NCBI GenBank assembly: GCA_963832965.1
Contig: CAWHVW010000002.1
Coordinates: 623,073 to 687,072, forward strand
Direction: 5' to 3'
Length of the DNA: 64,000 nucleotides
Source: an uncultured Acidobacteriota bacterium
GTDB lineage: Bacteria; Acidobacteriota; Terriglobia; Bryobacterales; Bryobacteraceae
Numbering within the stretch: position 1 is the first letter of the stretch; every line of letters begins with the position of its first letter. Below, one piece after another: positions 9,201 to 19,760 of the stretch. Made by a program: the position numbers and the translations under genes. The notes under the pieces are model-generated. The model saw nothing but the letters and a program-made list of their open reading frames with translations, did not search any database and was not told where the DNA came from.

Positions 9201-10790
9201 GTGCTAATGAGATTCTTGACAAAGTTGTCGTGCCTTGCAGTGGCGCTTCTGGGATTGTGCGCAACCTGCGGTTCTGCGAACGCCAGCGCCGTGAACATTT
9301 ACATTGCTCAGAGCGCGGCGGGATCCGCCAATGGAAGCAGTTGCGCCAACGCGTTCGCCTATTCATTCTTCAACAGCGGCTCGAACTGGGGAAGCGGCGC
9401 GGCGCAAATCGGACCGGGCACCACGGTGCATCTTTGCGGGACCATCACCTCCGTGCTCAGCGTTCAGGGCAACGGGTCCAGCGCGGGCGTCGTCACCATC
9501 CTGTTTGAAAGCGGCGCGCAGCTCAGTGAGCCGGTTTGTCCCTATTCCGGTTGCCTGGCTTTGGGATCGCACAGCTACATCACCGTCAATGGCGGAACCA
9601 ACGGCATCCTGCAGAACACCGCCAACGGGAGTGCCCTCGCCAATCAGTCGGCCTCCGAAGGCATCGTCGGCGGCGGCAGCTACATCACCATCGAAAACCT
9701 GACCATCCAGAACTTATATGTGCAGACGACCGGCGACAGCAAGCTTGGCGACAGCTCCACCGTTCGGTGTATCAGCTGGCAGGGCTCCAACTGGACCATC
9801 ACCAACAACACGCTCCATGACGCGGGATGGTGCCTGGACGATTTCTACAACAATGGCGACAGCAACGTTACCATATCGAATAACAATATATACGCCGTAG
9901 GGCACGGGATCGCTTTTGCCACCAGCGGAGCCAACTCGTTCACCAACCTGGTCATTTCCGGCAACCACATCCACGACGTTTCCAACTGGGCGGACAGCGG
10001 ATGCAGCTACCACGACGACGGCATGCACTTCTTCGGGACGGCTGGCAGTTCCATGTCCGGCATCTACGTTTATAACAATCTGATCGACGGTGCCTGGGGA
10101 ACGTGCCCGACGGGGTACGTCTTCGTGGAAGGAGGATCCAGCAGCACGCCCTCCAATATGTCGAACAGCTACTGGTGGAACAACGTAATGGTTGTGCAGG
10201 CGGGGGCCATCGTTAATACGAATGGCTGGTTTGGCCTTTTCTCGGGAGTCAGCGGCGTAACCGAACTATTCAACAACACCATCGTTGGAGCTAACGCCAC
10301 CGACAACACCGCCTGTTTCAATATCGGTCCGGTCACCGGATTGTCGTTTGAAAACAATACGGCCTCGCCCTGCGGCAACCCGGTCAGCATCAGTAGTTCC
10401 ACGGTGACCGTGGCGAACCACAACTTCTACGGACCTTCCTGTCAAAACGGATCGAACTGTTTCGTTTGGAACAGCAAGTACACCGGATCGTTTTCGTCCT
10501 GGAAGAGCGCCTGCAACTGCGATTCCAGCTCCATCCAGAACAGCACATCGTTGTTGAGCGCAGTTGGTGTTCCGTCGTCGGGATCTCCAGTGATCGGGCA
10601 GGGCCTCGATCTCACCAGCATAGCCACGGGATATCTGGCGTCTCTGCAGGATGACACCAGTGACGGCGACACGCGCACGCCGGGAGTGCGGCCTCCCACC
10701 GGGGCCTGGGACATAGGGGCGTATGAGTTCTCGTCCGCCACGTCCGGCGTGTTGGTCCCGCCGACGGCTCTGGCCGCGACCCCCCAATAA
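9201..10790 (+). CDS. Secreted right-handed parallel beta-helix (pectate-lyase-fold) protein, possible EPS-modifying enzyme or depolymerase
   Basis: 529 aa with signal peptide (LSCLAVALLGLCATCGSANA). Many repeated N-x-x-I/beta-helix rungs (ITIENLTIQN, WTITNNTLHD, VTISNNNIYA, LVISGNHIHD). C-terminal WDIGAYEF motif typical of this fold family. Confidence 0.6.
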   Translation: MLMRFLTKLSCLAVALLGLCATCGSANASAVNIYIAQSAAGSANGSSCANAFAYSFFNSGSNWGSGAAQIGPGTTVHLCGTITSVLSVQGNGSSAGVVTILFESGAQLSEPVCPYSGCLALGSHSYITVNGGTNGILQNTANGSALANQSASEGIVGGGSYITIENLTIQNLYVQTTGDSKLGDSSTVRCISWQGSNWTITNNTLHDAGWCLDDFYNNGDSNVTISNNNIYAVGHGIAFATSGANSFTNLVISGNHIHDVSNWADSGCSYHDDGMHFFGTAGSSMSGIYVYNNLIDGAWGTCPTGYVFVEGGSSSTPSNMSNSYWWNNVMVVQAGAIVNTNGWFGLFSGVSGVTELFNNTIVGANATDNTACFNIGPVTGLSFENNTASPCGNPVSISSSTVTVANHNFYGPSCQNGSNCFVWNSKYTGSFSSWKSACNCDSSSIQNSTSLLSAVGVPSSGSPVIGQGLDLTSIATGYLASLQDDTSDGDTRTPGVRPPTGAWDIGAYEFSSATSGVLVPPTALAATPQ

Positions 10791-10796
10791 GAAGCA

Positions 10797-10814
10797 ACGA
10801 GGGTTCGCCCTCGT
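10797..10814 (+). terminator. Hairpin just after the beta-helix gene stop
   Basis: ACGAGGG-ttcg-CCCTCGT, 7-bp perfect stem, 7 nt after the TAA. No T-tract follows. Confidence 0.35.
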
Positions 10815-10917
10815 AAAGACCATTCCTGATGACTGCGGTTCCGCCGGGACCCCTTTTCGCCGGCGCGCCGAAACACTCCTGATTAGCTTGGCCAGGTTCA
10901 GTTCCGACTGACCGACT

Positions 10918-12507
10918 ATGGATACGGAAGGCAACAACACCCCTGTGGCGGATCGAGGTCTCGCGGCCTCGATTGGCAAGAATACGCTGTTCGGTGTCGT
11001 ATCCAACGTCGTCCAGGTGGGCACGCGATTCGTCACCGTCCCGATTGTAATTCACTACCTGGGTCTGGGCGGCTACGGCATCTGGAACATCATCATGATG
11101 ACCGCCAACTACATGCGCTTCGGCAGCGTTGGCGTCAAGACTGCCTTCCAGAAGTATGTCGCCGAAGCTACCGGTAACGGCGACTACGAACGAGCCAACA
11201 AGCTCCTGAGCACCGGCAGCGCCGTCATGCTCGTGCTTTCCGTCGCCGGATTGATTCCCGTCGCCTTGTTTTCCCACCGCATCGCGAAAGCAGCGGGTGT
11301 TCCGTCCGAGCTCCTGAATTCCGCGGGCGGAGCCATTTCTCTGCTCGCGCTCATCATGCTGATGGCGAATGTGGGCGCGGCCTTCGAATCCATTGTCACG
11401 GGAGGCCATCGCATCGATCTCGTCCGGAAAGTCAGCACCGTGCTGGCGATTGCCGAAGCCATCGGCATCGTGGTCGCGCTCCACCTGGGCGGCGGCCTGT
11501 TTGCCATGGCCGGGGTGATGGGAACCTCCGAGCTCATCTACATAAGTTGTTGTTACTTCGCGTCCTCGCGGGTGCTTCCCCAGGTCCGCATTGGAATCAG
11601 GTTTGTCACCCGGGATGTACTCTACGAGCTGTTCCGATTCGCCGGAAGCTACCAGCTTGTCAATCTCCTCGAGGTGCTCTACGCGTCGCTCCTGCCGGTG
11701 GCCATTCTGCGAACGTTTGGGGCGAACTCCGCGGGCGTTTATGCGGTGGTAACCCGCGTCACGTCCTCCGCCGGAGTTTTGCAGCAGGCGTTCCTTCCGT
11801 CGATATTGTCTGGCGGCACCAAGGTCTTCGCCTCGGGGTCGCCGCAGAAGATGCAGGCCCTGGTGACCAAGGCATTCAAAGTGACGCTGGGCCTTTCACT
11901 ACCCCTGGGTTTTATCGCCGTGTTCGGCACCACCATGGCTTACGCCTGGACTGGCCGGGCCGATCCTTCCTTCCGGGTGGCGTTCTGGTTAGTCTGTCTG
12001 ACCGCCATCTTCTCGGCGTTCTCCATGCTGGCGCTGGTCCTTTACAGGATTTCCGGGAAGGGGCTGTTGGATAACATTCGGCAGGTCCTGCGAATCGCAG
12101 TTATTCTGACGGTGGTGGCTCTCGCCCGCAAACTGGGCTTCTACGGCGTTCTGGGCGGTCTGGCTGTTACTGAATTTGCTGGAATGGTGTTCATGCTGGT
12201 TGCTCTTTCCCGCACCTTCCATCTCTTCCGCGCCAGTTCTCTGCTGCCCGACGCGGCCCGGCTGGCAACCGCCGCGGCGGTGATTCTCGGAGTGGGAGCG
12301 GCAGCGTCGCTTCTGCCTCTGCCGGGCGATCCCGCGGGGCGCACGTTTGCGACAATCAGGCTGCTGGAGATAGGTTTGGCCTGCCTGCTGGTGGCCTGGC
12401 CCTCACTGCGGGGGACCGGGGCGGTCACCGCAGCCGAGGGACGGGCGCTTTTCGGCACCTTCATGCCTCGCCACGGAGTTCTCATTGCGCGACAAGCAGG
12501 TGACTGA
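10918..12507 (+). CDS. Oligosaccharide flippase (Wzx / MOP-superfamily polysaccharide biosynthesis protein)
   Basis: 529 aa, hydrophobic throughout with at least 12 predicted TM segments. Position inside a GT-rich locus. Confidence 0.65.
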   Translation: MDTEGNNTPVADRGLAASIGKNTLFGVVSNVVQVGTRFVTVPIVIHYLGLGGYGIWNIIMMTANYMRFGSVGVKTAFQKYVAEATGNGDYERANKLLSTGSAVMLVLSVAGLIPVALFSHRIAKAAGVPSELLNSAGGAISLLALIMLMANVGAAFESIVTGGHRIDLVRKVSTVLAIAEAIGIVVALHLGGGLFAMAGVMGTSELIYISCCYFASSRVLPQVRIGIRFVTRDVLYELFRFAGSYQLVNLLEVLYASLLPVAILRTFGANSAGVYAVVTRVTSSAGVLQQAFLPSILSGGTKVFASGSPQKMQALVTKAFKVTLGLSLPLGFIAVFGTTMAYAWTGRADPSFRVAFWLVCLTAIFSAFSMLALVLYRISGKGLLDNIRQVLRIAVILTVVALARKLGFYGVLGGLAVTEFAGMVFMLVALSRTFHLFRASSLLPDAARLATAAAVILGVGAAASLLPLPGDPAGRTFATIRLLEIGLACLLVAWPSLRGTGAVTAAEGRALFGTFMPRHGVLIARQAGD

Positions 12508-12508
12508 G

Positions 12509-13201
12509 ATGGGCGATGCGGACGCTCCCGGCGCGCCTTTTCCGGACCCGCTGTCGCTCCTCTTCCGCCTGGCGACGAAGCTCAGCACATGGTGGCGGCG
12601 AAGCACATATCCATTCTCCGCATTCGGCCGGGGCGTCTCCATTCACTATTCGTCGGAGATCTCCCGGTCGGCTGCCAGGTTCATACAATTTGGCGACGGG
12701 GTCATTATCGGGAAAGACGTCTGGCTCAACATCGTGGCTGAGACCGGTGGCGACGCCTCGAAAATCGTGCTGGCCCGAGGCTGCAGAATCGGCCGAAGGT
12801 CAACCATCTCGGCCAGAAACCACATATCGTTCGGTGATGACGTCCTGCTGGCCCCGTCCGTCCTGATCATGGATCACAACCACGAGTACACCGACCCTCT
12901 GGTGCCCATCGGCGAACAAGGCGTCACCGAGGGAGGGAGAATTGATATCGGAAGCAACTGCTGGCTCGGGCATGGTTCCGTCGTTTGCTGCGGGAGCGGG
13001 GAACTCTCCCTGGGCCAAAACAGCGTGGTGGCGGCGAACGCGGTGGTCACCCGGAGCTTTCCACCGTTCAGCGTGATCGCGGGTAACCCGGCCAGGCTCG
13101 TCAAACGGTATGATCCTAATGTCGGCAAATGGGTTCGCGCCGACCGCGAACTTCCGGAAACGGATCCGGCGAAGGTCCTGAGTTCGAATGAGCAGCGCTA
13201 A
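12509..13201 (+). CDS. Hexapeptide-repeat acyl/acetyltransferase
   Basis: ORF 12485..13201. GCRIGRRSTISARNHISFGDDVLLAPSVLIMDHNH...IDIGSNCWLGHGSVV...VVAANAVVTRSFPPFSVIAGNPARLV. ATG 12509 lies 2 nt after the flippase stop. Confidence 0.75.
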   Translation: MGDADAPGAPFPDPLSLLFRLATKLSTWWRRSTYPFSAFGRGVSIHYSSEISRSAARFIQFGDGVIIGKDVWLNIVAETGGDASKIVLARGCRIGRRSTISARNHISFGDDVLLAPSVLIMDHNHEYTDPLVPIGEQGVTEGGRIDIGSNCWLGHGSVVCCGSGELSLGQNSVVAANAVVTRSFPPFSVIAGNPARLVKRYDPNVGKWVRADRELPETDPAKVLSSNEQR

Positions 13202-14174
13202 CGGCCACAGCCCGCGCACCTGCACCGTCTGCCGGCGCAACGCCCCGCAGGATTGGCTGCGCGCGCCAGACCGGTTTCACGGCCGGCAGGAGCTGTACCG
13301 GCTGGTCCGCTGCCCGTCGTGCTCTCTGGTCTGGTTGGACAACCCTCCACCGCCCGATGAGATGGCTGAGCACTACGGGACGGACTACGACACGCTGATC
13401 GCAGCGGTCGGAGAAGCCGACGTAGCGAAGCGCTGGCGCAAGCCGCGAGAAGTTCTGCTGCGCTATAAGTCTGGCGGCGCCATTCTCGATCTGGGCGCCA
13501 GTTCAGGCGGTTTCCTGGCGTCCCTGAAGGACCGGCCATGGGAACTCCACGGGGTGGAGATTTCCGAGACTGTGGCCAGGCGCGCGCAGGAGAACACCGG
13601 CGCGAAGATGTTTGTGGGCGATGTCATGGACGCGCCGTACGCGCCGGACACTTTTGACGCGATCACGTGCTTTCACGTCCTCGAGCATCTGTATCAGCCG
13701 CGCGAAGTACTCGAAAAAGTTCGCGAATGGCTCAAGCCCGGCGGCATCTTCATCACCTACCTGCCGAATATCGACTCCGGCGCGGCCCGGTTGTTTGGTT
13801 CCTACTGGTATGCCCTCGAACTGCCCCGGCACCTCTATCATTTCTCCCCGGTGGCGCTCCGTCAGTTGGCGCAATCGGTGGGGTTTGACGAGGTCGAAAT
13901 CAGCACCCACCGTGAGCCGTTCATTCCGATGAGCGCAAGATATTTCAACGACGCCATTTTGCGAAAACTGGGTGTTTCGCGGGTGCCGCCGGCATACGCC
14001 GGGCCCCGGAGCCTTCCGTGGAGGGCGATGCGCAAGGCGTTCAAGCTGACTATGTTGCCGGTGTTGGACAAGTTGGTAGCGATGGCCGGTCCGGGCGAGA
14101 TCATGCACGCGGTTCTGAAGAAGCCGGACTGCGTGGGGGCTGAGTGCCGCAAGGCCGGCGAGTTGTCCGCGTGA
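13188..14174 (+). CDS. Class I SAM-dependent methyltransferase with N-terminal Cys4 zinc ribbon
   Basis: CTVCRR...CPSCSLVWLD, then ILDLGASSGGFL (motif I) and FDAITCFHVLEHLYQP. Confidence 0.75.
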   Translation: MSSANGHSPRTCTVCRRNAPQDWLRAPDRFHGRQELYRLVRCPSCSLVWLDNPPPPDEMAEHYGTDYDTLIAAVGEADVAKRWRKPREVLLRYKSGGAILDLGASSGGFLASLKDRPWELHGVEISETVARRAQENTGAKMFVGDVMDAPYAPDTFDAITCFHVLEHLYQPREVLEKVREWLKPGGIFITYLPNIDSGAARLFGSYWYALELPRHLYHFSPVALRQLAQSVGFDEVEISTHREPFIPMSARYFNDAILRKLGVSRVPPAYAGPRSLPWRAMRKAFKLTMLPVLDKLVAMAGPGEIMHAVLKKPDCVGAECRKAGELSA

Positions 14175-14241
14175 GTTTCTCACCTGCTGTTCGTGAGCGC
14201 GCAATCGCGGGCGCGGACGTTTCTGCCGGGGAGTCCGCTCG

Positions 14242-15183
14242 GTGAAAATCAGCGTCATCATTCCGGCATACAACTGCGCCGGAACCATGCGTGCCACGCT
14301 CGACTCGGTGTTAGCTCAAACGCTGCGCCCGGATGAGATTCTCGTCATGGACGACGGGAGCACGGATGAAACTTCCGCGATTCTGGATTCATACGGTGAC
14401 GCCATTATCGTCTTCCGGCAGAAAAACGGCGGACTCTCGAGCGCGAGAAACTTCTTGTGCGCGAGGGCGAATGGCAGCCTCCTCGCTTTCCTGGATTCCG
14501 ACGACCTCTGGCACCCTCGATACCTGGAAGTACAATTCGAACTATTTTGCAAGTATCCTCATGCCGCCCTGTTTTTCATTGGGCACGAGAACTTCTACGA
14601 AGACGACGCTCATAGCTGGCCTTCCAGCCTCCCGGACTGTCCCAGTGACGAGATTCCTGCGTTGACCTTTCTTCAGCGTTACAACCAGGAGACCGGCCCC
14701 TTTAGCTCCTATAGCTTTTGCTGTGTGCCACGGGAAGTCCTGGCTCGGATTGGCGGAACACCCTTCCAGGCCGACGGCGCCGAAGATTTTTACTGCACGG
14801 CTCTTCTTTGCCTTCTCGGACCGGCGATCTACTGCGCAACCCCGCTGGCTGCCTACCGGGTCAGGTCGGGGTCGCTCTCGAGCAAACGAGTTGCCGGTCT
14901 TGCCGCCAGAGTGCGCGCTTTCGAACTTCTCGAAGGACACTACACCGAATTTGCGTCCCCCGAGTTTCTCGAAGCCTTCAAGTCTCTGTTTTCCTCCCAT
15001 CGGCGGGTCTATGCCAAATACCTGATGGGCGTGCGCAATACCGCCGACGCTCGCCGGCAACTGGGGCGCTCCATGACGCATTCCAAAAGGGCGATATCGC
15101 TCGCGAAGTCCATTGGCTTGCTCTGCTCAACGTACCTTCCCACGCAGTTGCAACCCGCGTGGCCAACGCGCTATCAACGATGA
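14242..15183 (+). CDS. Family 2 glycosyltransferase
   Basis: KISVIIPAYNCAGTMRATLDSVLAQT...ILVMDDGSTDET...FLDSDD. Confidence 0.85.
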   Translation: MKISVIIPAYNCAGTMRATLDSVLAQTLRPDEILVMDDGSTDETSAILDSYGDAIIVFRQKNGGLSSARNFLCARANGSLLAFLDSDDLWHPRYLEVQFELFCKYPHAALFFIGHENFYEDDAHSWPSSLPDCPSDEIPALTFLQRYNQETGPFSSYSFCCVPREVLARIGGTPFQADGAEDFYCTALLCLLGPAIYCATPLAAYRVRSGSLSSKRVAGLAARVRAFELLEGHYTEFASPEFLEAFKSLFSSHRRVYAKYLMGVRNTADARRQLGRSMTHSKRAISLAKSIGLLCSTYLPTQLQPAWPTRYQR

Positions 15184-15243
15184 GCGTCGGCAGCAGGGCG
15201 CGAAACGTGCGCCCGAAGAAAAACCAACGCAAGATCCTGTTCC

Positions 15244-16629
15244 ATGCCCGATAGCAGCCACTACTTAGGAGGCGGCGCAACAGCAACCGTCCTGCACCCG
15301 GTTGTGCTGCTCGCAATGCTTCTTGCCATTGCGCTGATCTTTGCTTTGCCCAGGAAATATGCGGTTGCCCCGGTGTTGATCAGCGTCTTCCTGATCCCCA
15401 TGGGTCAACAGATCGTCATCGGCGGAACGCACTGGCAGGTGGCCCGGATCATCGTTCTGTGCGCCGCTGTCAGGGTGATGTCGAGACGGGAATCCATTGC
15501 CGGCGGATTCAATTTCGTCGACTGGGCGTTCCTTGGCTGTATTCTCTGCGAGGCGCTTGGCTTAGTCGTCCAGTACAACATGCAGTCCCAGGCATGGGTC
15601 ACCGACTTCGGGTTTCTGATGGACTGGGGTTGCGGCTACTTCGCGTTGCGAGCGCTGATCCGTGACGAGGAAGATGTCTACACGGCCTTGCAGTGGGTGG
15701 CCGGGGTGACCGTGGTTGTGGCGCTTGCCATGGTCGGGGAACAATTGACCCGGGTGAACGTCTTCGGGCTCCTCGGAGGAGTCGCCCCAATTCCTGAAAT
15801 GCGCGAGGGCAGGATTCGCTCGCAAGGCGTGTTCCAACATCCATTGACGGCCGGAACTTTCGCGGCGGTGCTCCTGCCGCTTTTCTTTCTGCTGTGGAAG
15901 AACGGGAAATCGAAAATCTCCGCGACGATGGGAATAGCGGGCTGCAGCATCATGACCATGTGTTCGAATTCCAGCACGCCCCTGCTGGCCTGGGTTGCCG
16001 GCGTGTTCGCGGTTTTTCTCTGGCCGCTGCGCCGGAACATGCGAACGATACGGCTCACGCTTGTTGCCGTCCTGGTAGTTCTGCACCTCGTCATGAAAGC
16101 TCCCGTGTGGTTCCTGATTGCGCGCATCGACCTCACTGGCGGCTCGTCCGGTTATCACCGCGCCGAGCTGGTGGATCAGTTCATTCGGCATTTTTCCGAA
16201 TGGTGGCTCGCCGGAACCAAGGATTCAGCTTCGTGGGGCACGGACATGTGGGATCAGCAAAACCAGTATGTAAATGTCGGTGAGGCAGGAGGGCTCGGCG
16301 CGCTGTTCTTTTTCACCGCGATGATCACCAGTTGCTGCTCGAGACTGGGGAAAGCGAGGAAAGTGGCGGAGGGCCAAAACCGGGAGTGGATGTTCTGGTT
16401 TCTTGGCGCGGCCATGTTTGCCAACCTGCTGGGGTTTCTCGGCATCAACTATTTCGATCAATCGCGGGTCGGCTGGTTCCTGTTGCTGGCGATAATCATG
16501 GCGGCCACCGCTCCGTTCCTGCAGCCGAACGTGGAACTGGCGCCGGTTGTGGACGCTGAGGTAACCTACGCCGGGGCTTTCGCGGACCCTTCGGAATCGG
16601 AACCCAGCCGCTGGGAGCAAGCCCGGTAA
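15244..16629 (+). CDS. O-antigen ligase/polymerase-like (Wzy-type) integral membrane protein
   Basis: 461 aa, about 10-12 TM segments plus one larger loop (DLTGGSSGYHRAELVDQFIRHFSEWWLAGTKD). Context next to GTs and the flippase. No exosortase motifs recognised. Confidence 0.55.
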   Translation: MPDSSHYLGGGATATVLHPVVLLAMLLAIALIFALPRKYAVAPVLISVFLIPMGQQIVIGGTHWQVARIIVLCAAVRVMSRRESIAGGFNFVDWAFLGCILCEALGLVVQYNMQSQAWVTDFGFLMDWGCGYFALRALIRDEEDVYTALQWVAGVTVVVALAMVGEQLTRVNVFGLLGGVAPIPEMREGRIRSQGVFQHPLTAGTFAAVLLPLFFLLWKNGKSKISATMGIAGCSIMTMCSNSSTPLLAWVAGVFAVFLWPLRRNMRTIRLTLVAVLVVLHLVMKAPVWFLIARIDLTGGSSGYHRAELVDQFIRHFSEWWLAGTKDSASWGTDMWDQQNQYVNVGEAGGLGALFFFTAMITSCCSRLGKARKVAEGQNREWMFWFLGAAMFANLLGFLGINYFDQSRVGWFLLLAIIMAATAPFLQPNVELAPVVDAEVTYAGAFADPSESEPSRWEQAR

Positions 16630-16694
16630 GTCTCCACCTCGCTCCGGAACACCCGCGAGCCTGCGGGCCGTCAATTGCCGAAGAAGTCAGACTC

Positions 16695-17894
16695 ATGCGC
16701 GTTCTCTACAGCTTCCCTCACAAAATAGGCGCCGATCGCATTTGCCACACCGCCTGGCAACAGGTTAACGGCCTGGTTGCGGCTGGCGTGGACGTGCTGG
16801 CCATGCCCGCCGCAATAGCGCGCCCCATCGCCGCGAAAGCGTGGCCAACCCTCGCGCGAGGGAAATACCGGATCCCCTTTAAGTTGATTGGCAAGTATCG
16901 GGCCTTCCGACTGCACGACGCTATCGTCGCCAGACGGCTGGAACGTCTGGCGCAAGAGATCGACCTGGTGCATGTGTGGCCCTCCGGCGCTCTCGCAACC
17001 ATCAACGCAGCGAAGCGCCTGGGCATCCCCACCGTTCTGGAACGTCCCAACGCTCATACACGCTACGCCTACGAAACCGTTCGCGCGGAGTGCGAGCGGA
17101 TTGGCGTTCAGCTTTCTCCCGGCGACGAATACAACTATCGTACGGACGTGCTGGCGCGAGAAGAAGAGGAGTTTCGTCTGGCGGACGCGCTGCTGTGTCC
17201 GTCGGACTTCGTCGTGCAGACGTTTCGAGATCAGGGATTTGATCCCGGCAAGCTGCTGCGGCACGCGTATGGCTTCGATGAAACCGTATACTCGCCGGAC
17301 CTCGGGCGCCCCCGAGCGGACGGCGGTTTGAGAATGCTGTTTGTGGGCGGGTGTGCGGTGCGAAAAGGGGTTCACTTCGCTCTCGAAGCCTGGGTAAAGT
17401 CTCCCGCGAGCGAAACCGGAGTGTTTCAAATCGCCGGACAATTTCTGCCGGCCTATGCAGAAAAGCTTCGCCCGCTGCTCGATCATCCGAGCGTGAAGGT
17501 GCTGGGCCATCGGAGAGACGTGCCGGAGCTGATGCGCCAGAGCGACATACTGGTGCTGCCCACGCTGGAGGAAGGCTCTCCGCTGGTGGTTGCCGAAGGA
17601 ATGGCCAGCGGATGCGTTCCGCTGGTGTCCGAGGTATGCACGGAGATGTGCACTCACCAGCACAACGCTCTCGTTCATCGCGTCGGAGACGTCGATGCGC
17701 TCAAGGCTCACATCACCTTGTTGCATGAGGACAGGGCGCTTCTCGCCAGACTGAGGGACGCCTGCCTTGCCGGGCGCTTGAAGTACACCTGGGGGGCGGC
17801 TGCGGATCAGCTTGTCCACGCCTATCAAACGGCGCTGAACCAGCACAAAGAACAAGGGCTGTTCGCCACCGCCAGAATGGGCTCGAAGAACTGA
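16695..17894 (+). CDS. Family 4 (GT-B, group 1) glycosyltransferase
   Basis: C-terminal Glycos_transf_1 signature DILVLPTLEEGSPLVVAEGMASGCVPLVSE. Confidence 0.8.
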   Translation: MRVLYSFPHKIGADRICHTAWQQVNGLVAAGVDVLAMPAAIARPIAAKAWPTLARGKYRIPFKLIGKYRAFRLHDAIVARRLERLAQEIDLVHVWPSGALATINAAKRLGIPTVLERPNAHTRYAYETVRAECERIGVQLSPGDEYNYRTDVLAREEEEFRLADALLCPSDFVVQTFRDQGFDPGKLLRHAYGFDETVYSPDLGRPRADGGLRMLFVGGCAVRKGVHFALEAWVKSPASETGVFQIAGQFLPAYAEKLRPLLDHPSVKVLGHRRDVPELMRQSDILVLPTLEEGSPLVVAEGMASGCVPLVSEVCTEMCTHQHNALVHRVGDVDALKAHITLLHEDRALLARLRDACLAGRLKYTWGAAADQLVHAYQTALNQHKEQGLFATARMGSKN

Positions 17895-18769
17895 TGAATA
17901 CGCAACGGAACAGATACGTCGTCATCACTCCGGTGCGCGACGAAGAGGACTATCTGCCGCTTACGGTGGAAAGCATCATCCGGCAGACCGTTCGCCCCGT
18001 GGAATACGTCATCGTGAACGACGGATCGAAAGACAAGACCGGAGAGATCATCGACCAGTACGCGCGGGAGTACCCCTGGATTCGCGCGGTCCACAGAACC
18101 GACCGCGGGTTCCGCAAATGGGGCGCCGGGATCATCGAAGCATTTTACGACGGTTTCAACGCGCTCACGTGCCCCGACTGGGATTTCGTTTCGAAGATGG
18201 ATGGAGACCTTTCCTTCGAGCCGGACTATTTCGAAAGCGCGCTCAACAAATTCGACGAGGACCCCAAACTCGGAATCGGCGGTGGGTTCCTCTACCACTT
18301 TCAGAACGGACAAAAAGTCATCGAGGCTCATCCGGCCTTTCATGTTCGCGGCGGCGCCAAGATTTACCGGCGGGCCTGCTGGGAAGGCCTCGGCGGGCTG
18401 TGGGTGGGGCCGGGATCGGACACGCTCGATGAAGTGAAAGCCAACATGCTGGGTTGGACCAGCCTGAGTTTCCTGGACCTGCAGATCCATCATCACCGCT
18501 TGACCGGCGCGACACTCGGCCAATGGGGAGGGATCGTCAAGAACGGGAAAACGGATTACGTCGCGGGCTATCATCCCCTCTTCCTGCTGGCCAAAGCGGC
18601 GGCCCGCCTCCGTCATCGGCCGTACATCGTCGGCTCGTTCGCGCTGCTCTATGGATACCTCCTGGCGTACATGAAGAAAATTCCACGGGTGGACGATCCG
18701 GCCCTGATTCAGTATTTGCGCCGCCAGCAGCTCGCCAGGCTAACTGGCGGGGAGACCATCTGGAAATGA
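17894..18769 (+). CDS. Family 2 glycosyltransferase
   Basis: YVVITPVRDEEDYLPLTVESIIRQTVRPVEYVIVNDGSKDKTGEII...SKMDGD. Start overlaps the upstream stop. Confidence 0.75.
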   Translation: MNTQRNRYVVITPVRDEEDYLPLTVESIIRQTVRPVEYVIVNDGSKDKTGEIIDQYAREYPWIRAVHRTDRGFRKWGAGIIEAFYDGFNALTCPDWDFVSKMDGDLSFEPDYFESALNKFDEDPKLGIGGGFLYHFQNGQKVIEAHPAFHVRGGAKIYRRACWEGLGGLWVGPGSDTLDEVKANMLGWTSLSFLDLQIHHHRLTGATLGQWGGIVKNGKTDYVAGYHPLFLLAKAAARLRHRPYIVGSFALLYGYLLAYMKKIPRVDDPALIQYLRRQQLARLTGGETIWK

Positions 18770-19734
18770 CCGCGGAGCTCTCCATCATTTGCGTCAACTG
18801 GAACTCGGTGGATTATCTCCGCGAGTGTATTGCCAGCATCCGCGAACACACGCGCGGCCTGACGTACGAGATCATCGTCGTCGACAATGCGTCGCCACTG
18901 GGTGGCGTCGAGGTTCTGGAAAAAGAGTTTCCCGGGACCAGGCTCATCAAGAGCGGCACGAATCTCGGATTCGCCGGGGCCAACAATATCGGCTACCGGT
19001 CGTCGTCAGGCCAGTATGTTCTCTTCCTCAACCCGGATACGAAGCTGATTGGCCCCTCCATCAACATACTGCTGGAACACTTGAAGGCCTTGCCCGACGC
19101 CGGAATTGTGGGGTGCAAGCTGCTGAACTCGGATCTCTCCGTGCAATTGAGTTCTATCCAGAAATTCCCGACGATTCTAAACCAGGCGCTGGACGCCGAG
19201 TACTTGAGGTTACGCTGGCCGCACTGTCCTCTGTGGGAGATTGCGCCGTTGTTCGCTGCCGGTGTGGGAGTGGTGAAAGTCGACATCATACCTGGCGCGT
19301 GCATGCTGCTCCGGAGAGAGGCATTCGAGAAGGTGGGCATGTTTAGCGAGGACTACTTCATGTACGCCGAGGATCTCGATCTGAACTACAAGCTCCGGGA
19401 CGCGGGATTCGTAAATTACTACGTGGGTGAGACGGCCATCGTACACCACGGCGGCAGGAGCAGTTCGCGGCAGACGGCCGGCCAGTGGTCGACCATCATG
19501 AAGATCAATGCGATGCTGAGGCTTTTCCGGAAGACCCGCGGCCAGGCGTATGGCGCCGGATATCGCGCCGCCATGGGCAGTGTGGCGGTCGGGCGTCTGC
19601 TCGCTCTCGCGCTCATGGCGCCACTGGGAAATGTGGTGTGGGATCGAAGCCGTCTGAAGTCGGCGTCCGATAAGTGGCGCGCGGTGCTCAACTGGGCCAT
19701 CGGCCGCCGCAGTCTGGCGTTAGAGGACAGATAA
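18766..19734 (+). CDS. Family 2 glycosyltransferase
   Basis: In frame inside ORF 18454..19734. ATG 18766 overlaps the upstream TGA (ATGA). LSIICVNWNSVDYLRECIASI...IIVVDNASPLGG...GFAGANNIG...LFLNPDT. Confidence 0.8.
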   Translation: MTAELSIICVNWNSVDYLRECIASIREHTRGLTYEIIVVDNASPLGGVEVLEKEFPGTRLIKSGTNLGFAGANNIGYRSSSGQYVLFLNPDTKLIGPSINILLEHLKALPDAGIVGCKLLNSDLSVQLSSIQKFPTILNQALDAEYLRLRWPHCPLWEIAPLFAAGVGVVKVDIIPGACMLLRREAFEKVGMFSEDYFMYAEDLDLNYKLRDAGFVNYYVGETAIVHHGGRSSSRQTAGQWSTIMKINAMLRLFRKTRGQAYGAGYRAAMGSVAVGRLLALALMAPLGNVVWDRSRLKSASDKWRAVLNWAIGRRSLALEDR

Positions 19735-19760
19735 GTGTCATCAGTGGAAACGAGGTTCCT